This document shows, piece after piece, positions 25,305 through 36,700 of a stretch of DNA of 64,000 nucleotides. Both the position numbers and the translations under genes were made by a program. The stretch is taken from assembly GCF_963921235.1 (NCBI RefSeq), contig NC_086097.1, positions 225,868,001-225,932,000 on the forward strand, written 5' to 3'. Position 1 is the first letter of the stretch. Each line of letters opens with the position of its first letter. The notes under the pieces were generated by a model. It did no database searches. It was not told the DNA's origin and saw only the letters and a list, made by a program, of their open reading frames with translations. This stretch comes from Mobula hypostoma. Lineage: Eukaryota.

Positions 25305-25457
25305 TTATGGGCCGAGACTCTTCACCAGTCCTGCCGAAGGTCTCGGCCTGAAACATCAAGTGTTCTCTTTTTCATAGAGAGCCTGGCCTGCTGAGTTCCT
25401 CTAGCGTTTTGTGGGTGTTTCTTAGATTTCCAGCATCTGCAGATTTTCTCTTGTTTC
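25305..25457 (+). mobile_element. Penelope terminal repeat with a degenerate minimal hammerhead and a short inverted 5' duplication
   Basis: CAGTC-CTGCCGA-AGGTCTCGGCCT-GAAA-CATC at 25326-25357; GGCCGAGAC (25310-25318) is inverted against GTCTCGGCC (25340-25348). Confidence 0.7.
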
Positions 25458-25754
25458 CTCTATTCTACTTGATATTCATAACTCTCAATTAGTAATACCT
25501 CAGTTTTTAAAATTCTCATCCTTTTTCAAATCCATACGTGATCTTGCCCTTCTCAATAACCTTTGCTAGCTTTATAACCCTCTGAGATTTCTTGTTCATT
25601 CCAAAATATGACCACTGATTTATTAACATATGCCCCTTCAGCTGCTGAAGTGCTAAGCTCTTAAGTTCCTTTCCTCAGTCTGTCTGCATGCCATTCTTCT
25701 TTATGGCAGACCATATCAGCTTCCTCTTAGACTATCATGAGGAAGGAAGTACAT

Positions 25755-27125
25755 GCAGCCTTGAAACACAATAAGGGATCAAATCCCCAAAACATGACCA
25801 AGTGCATCGCTGGACTTTATGGGAGGCTAAGGATAAAAAAAAATGGAGATCCTTGCAAAAATACTTGCTCTGTCATTAGCCACTGATGAAGTTCCAGAAG
25901 ACTGGACGGTGGCTAATTTTGTTCCATTGTTCAAGAAGGATAGCAAGCACAAGCCAGTGATCTACAGGACGTTGAATCTGACTTCAGTTGTAGGGAAGTT
26001 ACTGGAAGGGATTCTGAGGGATAAGTTCTACTGTCACTTGGATAGTCAAGGCTTGATCTGAAAGAGTCAGCATCATTTTGGGCATGGGAGGTCATGCTGA
26101 GAATCTTTTTGAGTTTTTCACAGAGGTAAATGATGGGATGGATGAAGGTTGAGCAGTGAATGTTGTCTATATGGATGTTAGTAAGGCCTTTGACAAGACC
26201 CCTCATGGCAGGCTGATTTGAAAGATTAGGTCAAATAGGATTCAAGGGGAGCTGGTGAGGTGGATTCAGAATTGGCTCAAGGTGATACTTGAAGGTTGAC
26301 TTTCCAACTGGAGGCTTGTGGCCAGTGGGGTGACCTATGGGGCAGTGTTGGAACTTCTGTTAATCTTTATAATTTATATCAGTGTCAGGTGATGCATTTT
26401 ACACATTCAAACCAGGATAGGACCCATACAGCGAATGACAGGGCACTGGCGAGAGGGACCTGAACACGTAAGTGCACAGTTCACAGTGCAAGTAGACAGG
26501 GTGGTGGAAATGGTGGTTACCATGTTGGCTTTCATCACCCAGGGCATCGAGCTCAGCACTATAGTTGCAGTTATGTAAGACAATCTGACAATAAGGCATC
26601 TGGAGTGTTGTGTACAGTTTTGGTCACCCTCTTAGGGGAAAGACATTGTCGAGCTGGAGAGGGTGCAGAAGAGTTTTATGAAGATGCCGCCTGCACTGGA
26701 GGGCCTGTGTTATAGGAAGTTAGCCACACTGGATCTTTATTCCTTGGAGAGTAGGGAAATCAGAGGTGATCTTGTACAAGTTTATAAAATCATAAGGGAC
26801 ATGGATATGGTGGACGGCTGTGGTCTTTTCCACAGGGTTAGGGAGTCCAAAACTAGAGGGCATAGATCTAAGATAAGACAGGAGAGACTTAAGCAATACC
26901 TGAGAGGCAGTTCCTTTACACAGAGGTTCATGAGTACCTGGAAAGAGTTCCCTGAGGTAGTATTCAAGGCTTTTACAATTGCAGTATTGAGGAGGCATTT
27001 GAGTAGGCGTATGGAGGGGAGGAGCTTGAGGGGATACAGACCAAACGCAGCCAACTGGGAGTAGTAGGGAGGATACTGTGGTTGGTATGGATCAGGTGGG
27101 CCTGTTTGCATGCTGTATTACTCTG
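25755..27125 (+). mobile_element. Degenerate CR1 ORF2 fragment with 3' end
   Basis: VPEDWTVANFVPLFKK, LTSVVGKLLE, YMDVSKAFDK, LYSLE..RGDL; internal deletions. Confidence 0.85.
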
Positions 27126-28149
27126 AGTGTAACTCACTTGTTTACTACCCGCACTAGTATCGTGTAACAGCGATGAACATTATACTTTGTATAACAGTCC
27201 GGTTTAGAGCCTTGGGGCATTTCTATTGTTATTATTTGCTGTATACAAAGAAGTTGTAGCTGCTGATATAAAGGAGCAGGTGTGGAGAATGTGGGAGAGA
27301 ATATGTTGGTTCGTGAATAGAGCACTGAAGGATCTAAAGGACAAAGTGGGTTCTTCTCTGCCATAAATGGAAGAGGACTGCTTAACCCAACTGCCATGAA
27401 TCTTCTAACAAATCTCGATGCCTTTCATCATTGAGCAAATCTATTGCACGTTCCTCAATGTAAAGATAAAGATTATAATTTCTCTTGACATACTCAGAAA
27501 TGCAAACAGCTTTTAATTGTGCAATTATCCAGCTGTAGCTCTAGCTGTAAGAATCACATCATGGTGAAGGATGACTTCCACTGAGAATACTGCTCTCTGG
27601 ATAAGTGTAGGTTTCACTGGTGTTAGCAGTTATAGAGCGAGGATGAGAATTTTTGATTTGGTGGGCTATGTTGTTCATTTCAAAATTATGCTGGTAGGAA
27701 AAGAAAATGAACCTAATGCATTGCAATGAGATGAGGACAATTTTCTTGGTCCATTAATTTCCTGGATAAAAGAAGTAGGATGTAACAGAACTGAGTGTAG
27801 GAGGATGGCAACTAAATATTCCCTTAAAAGAGGCAGTCTGTCTCTGAAGGTTCACTGTAGAATGCTCCAACTTCATTTTGCCACTAATGATTCTGGCTGC
27901 ATGCTTCAGAAGAGTCTAATATCACAAGTGACCAAGAGCAGTTAAGCTTTTCTTGCTTACACTTTTCAATCAGTAGCTTTGTGCCTATTGTCATACACTT
28001 ACTGTATTTAACCATGCTTTGTATTTTTCAAGGAGTCTTTGCTAGTCAACAGTCTGCCTGCTAAGATCGCAGCTGGCTTGTAGCCAGTCATCTGTTCTAC
28101 CTTCCTCCTTCTCAAGGTCCGGATACTTATTTTAACTTAAAATTAATCC

Positions 28150-28460
28150 CCATCTCACAGCCCCAGCAACCAAGGTACAATCCTGACCTTGGTACTGTCT
28201 CTGTGTAGATTACACATTCTCCTTAGGACCTGATGAAATGTCTGGGCTCAAAACATCAACAGTTTATTCATTTCCATATATGCGGTCTCACCTGCTGAGT
28301 TCCTCCAACATTTTGTGTGTACTGCTCCTTGGATCTCCTCTAGTTTCCTTCCACAGCCTAAAGGTGCTTGGGATGCTCGGTTAACTAGACTATATCTTGC
28401 CTGTAATATGTAAGCACATGGTATAGCCCGGGGAGAGTTGATGCAAATGTGGCAAGAATA
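28150..28460 (+). mobile_element. Degenerate V-SINE-like SINE with a nested Penelope terminus (~28225-28322)
   Basis: The SINE halves (CTGTCTCTGTGTAGATTACACATTCTCC / GGATCTCCTCTAGTTTCCTTCCACAGCC) flank CTGATGA-AATGTCTGGGCTC-AAAACATCAAC..CATTTTGTGTGT. Confidence 0.55.
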
Positions 28461-28487
28461 AAATGGGATTTATGTAATTTTTTGCTT

Positions 28488-29070
28488 CAAGGTTGAAAGT
28501 AAATTTTTATTATCAATGTACATATATGTCATCATATACAACCCTTAGATTCATTTTCTTACGGGCACACTCAGCAAATCTATAGAGTAGTAACTATAAT
28601 AGGAACAATGAAAGATCAACCAGTGTGCAGAAGACAATATACGTTACAAATGCAAAAATAAATAATTAGCAATAAAAATGAGAACATGAAATAATAAGTC
28701 ATAGGAGTGAAATTAGGCCATTTGGCCTGTCGAGTCTATTTCTGCCATTCAATCACGGCTGATCCTCTTTTCCCTTCCTCATCCTTATTCCCCAGCCTTC
28801 TCCCCATAACTTTTGATACCGTATCCAATCAAAAACCTATCAATCTCTGCCTTAACTGCATCCGGTGACCTGGCCTCCACAGCTGCCTGTGGTAACAAAT
28901 TCCACAAATTCAGCACCCTCTAGCTAAGTTATTTTTCCGCAATAATAAGATAAAGAATCTTTAAAGTGAGATCACTGGTTGCGGGAACATCTCAATGGAC
29001 GGGCAAGTGAACATCAAAAGCCTGATGGTTGTGGAGTAGTAACTGTTTTTGAACCTGGTGGTGCGAGCCT
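28488..29070 (-). mobile_element. Rex1/Babar-type 3' fragment interrupted by a CR1 3' end (~28690-28940, -)
   Basis: AAGCCTGATGGTTG..AACTGTTTTTGAACCTGGTGGTGCGAG encodes RTTRFKNS on the minus strand. The nested piece has a CR1 3' UTR. Confidence 0.6.
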
Positions 29071-30424
29071 GACAATCAGCACAGACTCCATGGGCTGAAA
29101 GGTTTGTTTCTTTGCCGAGTGATTTTATGATTCTAAAACATTTGGGACATGGTAGGTGTAGGAGGTATTCTGCAGCTGAGGTCTGGCCTTGGAAACTGTG
29201 AGGAATGGTGACCGTGGTTTCCAGATGCTACACTGGTAACCTTTATGGAACAGCCAGGAATAACGGGAGATATTCCTGGGGGTCAATGCCTAGAGCATGA
29301 AGACATGAATGAAGTACTGCAGAAAGATTTACTAATTCACACAAAGTTAGAGGATTCAACTTCCAATTCTTCTAACCACGCTTTATTATTTAGGCATTTT
29401 GTGTTGTTCTTGATTGCATTGTATTGAATAGTGTCTAACAGTGTAGAGACTGAAGAACAATATAACACTAAAGACATGGTGATAGTTGAAATTTGATGAC
29501 AAGGGAGAGGACGTGTGGCTTTTGCCCTGAATACAATTGCCATGAAATTGGGTTTGATTATTTTTGCCGCATTAAACTGTCATTATATTTAGTTCAATAG
29601 TGATTTAAGATTCTGGGGGGAAAATGTCATGAAATTGGCAAAAAGTTGCTTGAACTAGCAACAGCGTAGTTTTCAGATAGAAACAATAATTAGTATAATA
29701 TCTGCCTGATTCCCAGTAGGATGCTAGGAACATGGAAAGAACTTCAAAATATACAGGGAAGAATTGGAACTTCTGGTGAGTGAATTTTATATCAGGAGCA
29801 AGTTTCTGAACACTGAAGGATAGCGATGAAGCATATAGCAAGAAATACCATGATTTCACATAAAATGTCAAGATGAGCTTCACAGTAGACATAACACGCC
29901 CATCTACACACAAACATGCACATGCATATGAGCAAGGATTCACATACGATTAATTTCAGTTTCATTACTATTTTATTGAGGTTAATCTACACTTCCCAAA
30001 CTTCGAATATACATTCTGGGAATCCCGCAATAGGGAGAGAAATATGAAGCAAGTGGCTTTGTGAGGTTAAGCACACATACAGTAAATTCTATTTGTTCAT
30101 TCTCTAGAAGCCCTGTTTATGCGGGGAATTGAAAGTAATAGGGACTAGTAAAGGAATGTTAGTGAAAAACAAATGTGCAAAAAAGTATGCCAATACAATC
30201 ATCGCATTCAATTTCCTGCACGTGCATGTTCAATCTTTGCCAGAAAAATATAATGAGGGTAGTTATTAATTTAATTATTTCACAGTCCTAAGGCCAGCTT
30301 CCATATGAGTTTTTTAAGTAGAATGAATCACTCAACCCCTCGTGGCAGTCAAGGGTACCCTTAAAGAAACTCTCCGTCAGCTCTGTAGTAGGACTATAAA
30401 TTGACATAAGGAGCCAGCGCAGGA

Positions 30425-30860
30425 TTTCCCAAAAATGCATCACATCACACTTACCTGTATTGAAATCTATGCACCACACCTCTGTCCACTTCCCTCATAA
30501 TCTACGACAACCTTCTTCACTGTTAGTGTTGCCTCCTAATTTTATGTCATCCACAAGCATACTGATGAAGCCTTGAGCATTCACATCCAAATCAGTTTTA
30601 TCAATAACGAATAACAAGGGTCCCAACACTGACTCCTGCAACACACTAATCACCAGCCTCCAATCCGAGAAACAACCTTCCACAATCACCTTCAGGTTCC
30701 AAACCTTTTTTATGCCGTGGACCCCTACCATTAACTGAGGGGTCTGTGGACCCCAGGTTGGGAACCCCTGCTCTAAGCCAATTTTGAATCCACCTAACTG
30801 TCTCTGGTTTCCATAGAACCTAACCTTCCAGACCAATCTACCGTGCTAGACCTGTGGAAG
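30425..30860 (-). mobile_element. CR1 RT fragment
   Basis: FSDWR..QESVLGPLLFVI, MLVDDIKLGG and FNTGKCDVMHF. Confidence 0.75.
30693..30770. mobile_element. ~78-bp hAT/Charlie-like MITE inserted in CR1
   Basis: Inverted termini CAGGTTCCAAACCT / AGGTTGGGAACCCCTG interrupt the CR1 RT sequence. No clean 8-bp TSD is visible. Confidence 0.6.
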
Positions 30861-30864
30861 TTCA

Positions 30865-31143
30865 TGTATTTATTCATCAATACCATGCAGACTAGGCCCT
30901 TCCAGCCCTTCAATCCACGCCGCTCCAGCAACCTCTGACAAACCCGATTAACCCTATCCTAATCACAGAACAACTTACAATGACCAGTTGACCTTCGTTT
31001 GGACTGTGGGAGGAAACCCGAGCACCTGCGGAAAACACTCTTTTCATGGGGAGGACTTGTAGACTCCTTACAAAATTGACCTCTGAACTCCAGAACATCC
31101 CAAGCTGTAATAGCGTCACACTAACTGCTATGGTACTGTGGCA
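30865..31143 (-). mobile_element. V-SINE-like SINE
   Basis: TTTGGACTGTGGGAGGAAACCCGAGCACC is the reverse complement of the V-domain-like core; the 3' part matches 19560-19690. Confidence 0.7.
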
Positions 31144-31959
31144 AGAACATCCACTGCACTGCCACCATCTACTTTCTGGTTACCTCTTCAATGTTTACTT
31201 TACCTCTTTATGTTGGAAGGTGGTTGAATAATGTTCAGAGAGTGCTGAAGCTACCCAGTAAGTGCTTCCAAATTCAGAAGTATGTCCCTTGGAAAAGGAA
31301 GAGAAGAAACATCTAGTTGAACCGGAGCTCCTTCTCACTGGCCTGAAAGGCTGGAAATAAGTATAATGCAATCATTTGATCATTAACTGCACATCTGATA
31401 CCAAGTAAAGATCAAATATTCCAGCTGTGATCATTCACAGAAGTGTACATTCCAATTTTGTAATAGACATGATTTTGCCTGGAAATAATAATGGGTGAAA
31501 TGGGTTACTGTGTTTATCGCACCTAAAAAAAACATTGCTAATAGTTTCACTTTCTGGGCTATAAAGTTTTGTGCAAACTTAAGACAGAGCATATTTTTTT
31601 AATTTCCCAGTGTTTTAGTGCTTAGTGCTGATTATTATTCAACGTTACAGCAAGTTAAGCATCAAAAGTACTGTGTATAATATAGATCAAGGCAAAGAAA
31701 AGTAGGCTGCATGTCTGGACAGCAGAAAATGGAAGTGTTCTGACAGTAAGACTACCTCTAAGCAAACACATTTGCAATAAATATGTGAATCTCTTTGACT
31801 GAGTGTCGTCGAGCTGGAGTGTGAATTTGCTGTAGTCCTCACTTACACAGGGAGTTGTAGATCAGAATGGGGTGGGTATGCTTGAAGGTGCAGAGGGACT
31901 GAATCCCTTGAAACTTCCAGCTGATCAGAAGGAGCCTGGACGGATATTTGAAAAATGCG

Positions 31960-32850
31960 GCATACTAGCCAAACCTGATGGAACCTTTGAAGAAATGACT
32001 AAAATAGGGAACTCGGGAACAAGTATGGATGTTAGAGACTCTGGAAATAGCCTTTTGTAAGAGATTGCAAGTCAAAGTTAAATCTCAGATTATTGACATG
32101 GCTGGAAAATTGGCTGAGTAGCAGAAGAAAGAGGATAGAAATAATGGGCAGGATGTGACGAGCAAGGAAATGTGTTAGGGCTGCAACTATTCATCGCATT
32201 TATAAATGACTTGGATGATAAAATAGAAAGCCACATATCCAAGCCTGCCAATGACACAATGATAAGTGACATTCTGAGCAGTTTAGATGGAAGCATTAAA
32301 TTATGAAGAGATATTGATAGATTGAGCAAGTGGACAAAACTGACAAATGAATTTCAATGTAAGCAAATGTGATGTCATCCACTTCAGACCCGAAAAGAAC
32401 TGAATGGGGTATTCCATAACTACTGCAGTATCAAAGCTAGAAATAGTAAGAGTACAATGAAACTTGCAGATCTATGTTTATACATCAGTAAAATGATATG
32501 GACAAAGACCAATGGAATACCAATCTTTATTTTTAGAGGAATAAACTCAGTTGAATATATTTCAAGTTATAGTTATTTTAAGTCCGATTTAGACTACTGT
32601 GCTGCTCCATGTACCATAACTTAGCAGTGATGTATTGGATTTGAAGGGAGTATGGCAAAGAATTTTGGTCCCCAATGACTAAATTATAAAGACAGATTAT
32701 GGAAGGTATTGTTATAGTCCCTGTCATATAGGAGGCTGAAAGGTTAGGATTAGTTACTCAAAATATTCAATCAATTAAGGGGAGTTGGTAGGAGAGGCAG
32801 AGCAAAACTATTTCTAATGATTGGAAAGTACACATATTGGCACATACTTC
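31960..32850 (+). mobile_element. Old CR1 RT remnant
   Basis: FEEMTK..MDV, FIAFINDLDD, HISKPANDT and FNVSKCDVIHF-like remnants. Confidence 0.6.
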
Positions 32851-33739
32851 AAACATAAATTAAGGATTGTCTAGAAAACAAATACATATTGTCTACACTG
32901 CTATTAAAGTCAAGCCAGGCTCACCCTCACTTCAGGAATTCTTGGTTCAGGATCAGTGCAGGCTGGCTCTGCTGGGGGATGCCATGCATGATACTTTGCT
33001 GTTCACCTCTGCACTGCATAGATGAACAGCAAAGAGTTCACAGCAACGTGAGGAACCATACATTTTTGTTAAATGTGACTTCTGCATTCACACTTGGAAA
33101 GGATACTTGGCTGTTGTGCAGGACTTTCAAAAATGCAGACATTCATAAAGCACACTCATATCCTTACAGATAAATCACTAACACCTTTTTGCCATGAGCC
33201 TCACCTCAATTTGCCCAATATCTTTCCTGCAGTTTTTCCCTTCTTTGCGATCTGACAACAAGAAATGTGCTTTTATTTTCCCGTCCCACAGATCAGACCA
33301 GTGTGGTTGAGACTGATCAACAGAACCAAACATTGCATTTAATGTTGTTATTGATATTAAAAATTTGAAGTTTTCACATTGGTTGTTTTATCCTCTCTGT
33401 CATGTGAGGTTTTTGATTAATTCCATTGAGTTTCTTTCTATTTACTGTGAACGCCTGCCAGAAAATAAATCTTAGGGTAGAATATGGTAACCTATATGTA
33501 CTTCGATATTATTTGGATGCATCAGAAAAACAACATTAAGAAATTTAAATTTGTTGTACCTGTAAATCCATCCTCTTTAAGAAATAGCATTAATTCATAT
33601 GAAAAATAAGTAATACCATATTATCATAGTCTGAGATCTTTTTCAAAATTCAAAGTAAATTTTATTGTCTAAGTACATGTATGTTACCATATACAACTCT
33701 GAGATTCATTTTCTTGTGGGCATACTCAGCAAACCTTTT

Positions 33740-36700
33740 TTAAGATATCAAAATATATCAATATGAATTGGCACCAATCCATGAAATCTAAGAAAGTGGT
33801 ACTGCTTCATTAACTGAAAATGCTTTTAGGTCTAAAAAATATAAACAGTCAACATTTTTAAAGCTGTAGGTTTTTTTTACCTCTGCAATAATTTAGGTCA
33901 GCTCATTTATTGCAATACTTTAGAAACTTTTACATTGCACCGTGTCAAATCACAATACAGATAAACCATGATAATGACAGCATTCTTCAAAAAGCCTTCA
34001 CTTACGGCATCTTTATTGTTCATAACTATTCTAATTGCTGCTTTATTACATTAGTCCAACGTGCAGTGTAATTTCCTGTTATTAATGTAATGTAGGTTAA
34101 ATAACAATCTAATAACAGTTCAGAGAGTGTGTAGATTGCTTTTAGCTAATGTGCTATTTTATGAGATGGGCTAGCCATCTTTTTCAAATGAAAGTGCAAG
34201 TGAATTCGGCTCATGGTAATGTGCCTTAAGCTTGTACTGTGGTTTCTGCAAGTCTTCACTTGCCAGTACCTCTCGTGACCAACAGCAAAATGAGATCAAT
34301 CCCTGTCAGCCCTGTAATTGAGTACTTCCCTAATTTATAAGGCAGGTTTTCCATTAACAAGAAAATCTTCCGAATTAAATAAAAAGCAGACCTTCACAAG
34401 TGATGCAGTATAGGTGAAAAAGAAGGGGGGAAAGCAGTGATAAATTGGTGCCCCTGCCTTCTCTAGGTCTGACTTTGAAAAATAAGCTCTTCAAGTTTCA
34501 GGTCTTGTTCTGACAACAATTAAGAACAGTGAAATAAATAGGCCACAATATTTCTTTATGACATAATGTGGAAAAGCGACTCCACATATAAACGGTTCAT
34601 TAAAGCTAATATAATTGGGAGCATATAATGTGTATTATTAAAGAAACTGCTTGGTAGCTTTTTAAGTGCAGCATGCATTAGACAAGCATTAGTCAAAACT
34701 GTGTGACATGTTTTGCAATAGGCTCCCTTTTCTGTTTTTTAAGGGCTTCAGTTCATTGTGCAGTAAATTGGTATGCCATAATCCAGCACAAAGTGTTGAC
34801 TCTGATGATTTTAGGTTAACAGCATTTTACTGAGCCAATCAGCAGCTTAAAAACAATGGCACAAATACAAACTTCCCTGGATGGCATAGTGTAAATGTAT
34901 TAGTTGTACTAAGAGACCCAGTCCTGATATAATTATGTTAGAAACCAATAAAACAGTCCAGGAATCAATATACTAAGACAGATAAAGAACTACAGCTAGC
35001 AAATTCGGAATGGATTACACTGGAAGGTAGCTCATTCAGTTCTGTGGTACAAGGTACACGTAACCATGGTTGGAGATGAGTGGATTGAATAGATGGTGTA
35101 GAAAGGGGGAAAACAGTGATGTAAATATTGGCAAACTGAAAAATGACTTCTTACTTATATGAAGAATATCTTCAAAAAAAATGCTCCAGTGAAAAGTTGT
35201 TTTGCCTTTGTTTAGGTAAAAATAGACATAAGGATAAAAAAGAAAAGGAAGGATTCTTCATAACAGATATAGGATAATTATTTTCTAATTGTTGCTTTAA
35301 GAAACCTAACATCAAATAAGATTTTTATCATTTTTATTATACTTAAGAAATTACTTTTTCTTTATCCACAAATTTATACTCACATGATTTTTCTCTGTTC
35401 AGAATGGAATGAATTGTAGTAGAATAGATTTTTTTTAAATCTTTGAGAGTAGGCTAAAGCTCATCTTTGATGATTAGCTATGTTTAGACTCTGCCCCGCT
35501 CTTCCAACCCCATCTCCTTTTAATGTTAAAGCTGCCAAGCTATTGTTTAGTGAATAACTGTGTCCATAAAACAAAAAGCAAGGCCTGATGCAGGAATTAT
35601 TTCTGTAAGAAGAGAGAGGAAAAAAAACAATGGCAGTCTTTTGTGAGCACAGCACGCCACATTTACTCATGTCCAATCAAGCTTCACATAACTACCGTGA
35701 ACAAAAGCAACCATCAAGCAGGGACAAAGTCAGAGACATAAGTGGTTAGAATGAGTGTGCAATTTCTGCCCATATGACTATCCTGACACAATTGCTCTAA
35801 TTTTCTTCCCAGAAATGACTGATAAAAGACTTGGGTAATTGCTATGGAGACAGACTTCCTTCCATCAAGGGCTATCTCAAATAATACAGCCTCAGGGTCA
35901 TAAGATGGAGTGTCAGTTTCTGCAAAGTCCTAAATTAATACTTGTCCCTGCTTCAGCTATACTTCCTGTACATCTAATTAAGTGAACGTAATTTATCTTG
36001 ACAACGTATCGGAAATCACTCGATCAAATGAGTATTCAGTAATGACCACAGAACACAAAAACATGACACTGTATTGAAAATGAGAAAATATCAGGGGTAC
36101 ATGTTTAGCCACATACATGAATCCTTGTACGACTGATTATTTTCCATCATTATAGTACATTTAGAACTGCAGGTAAATAAAATGATTTTTGCAATACAAG
36201 GCATTGTAATCCAGGGCCACATTTTAAAAAAAAGCAACCTGCAGTGACGCCTCCTTTCAACCTGTGTCCATTCAGCACATGACCTTGTCCTCTGTAATCA
36301 AACTTAATATAGCCAGCTGATCTCTGTATCCCCAGTACTGAGTAGTGTTCACAAGTAAATTCAGAGGAGCCACCAACAAGCTAATGATTAGAAAGACCCT
36401 TGAAAGCACTGCACGTCAGTACAGAACTGACACATGGGGCAAATTAGGACCTCAGACCACAAAGGTCCATTATTTAGATGTAGTGAAAACCTATACTGCA
36501 ACATTATACATCCTAGCAGAATTATCCTAATAAAGCTGCTGAATAATATATAATTACCAGAATGAACACGATACATAAAGTACGATAATGTCAATTTACC
36601 CAATTGGCATTTGTGGAATCTCACAAGTTAGAACAATTATTCCATTCTACTGACTTCACCTCTCAGCAAAGATACATTTTGATTCTCAGTTTGACTTTAA

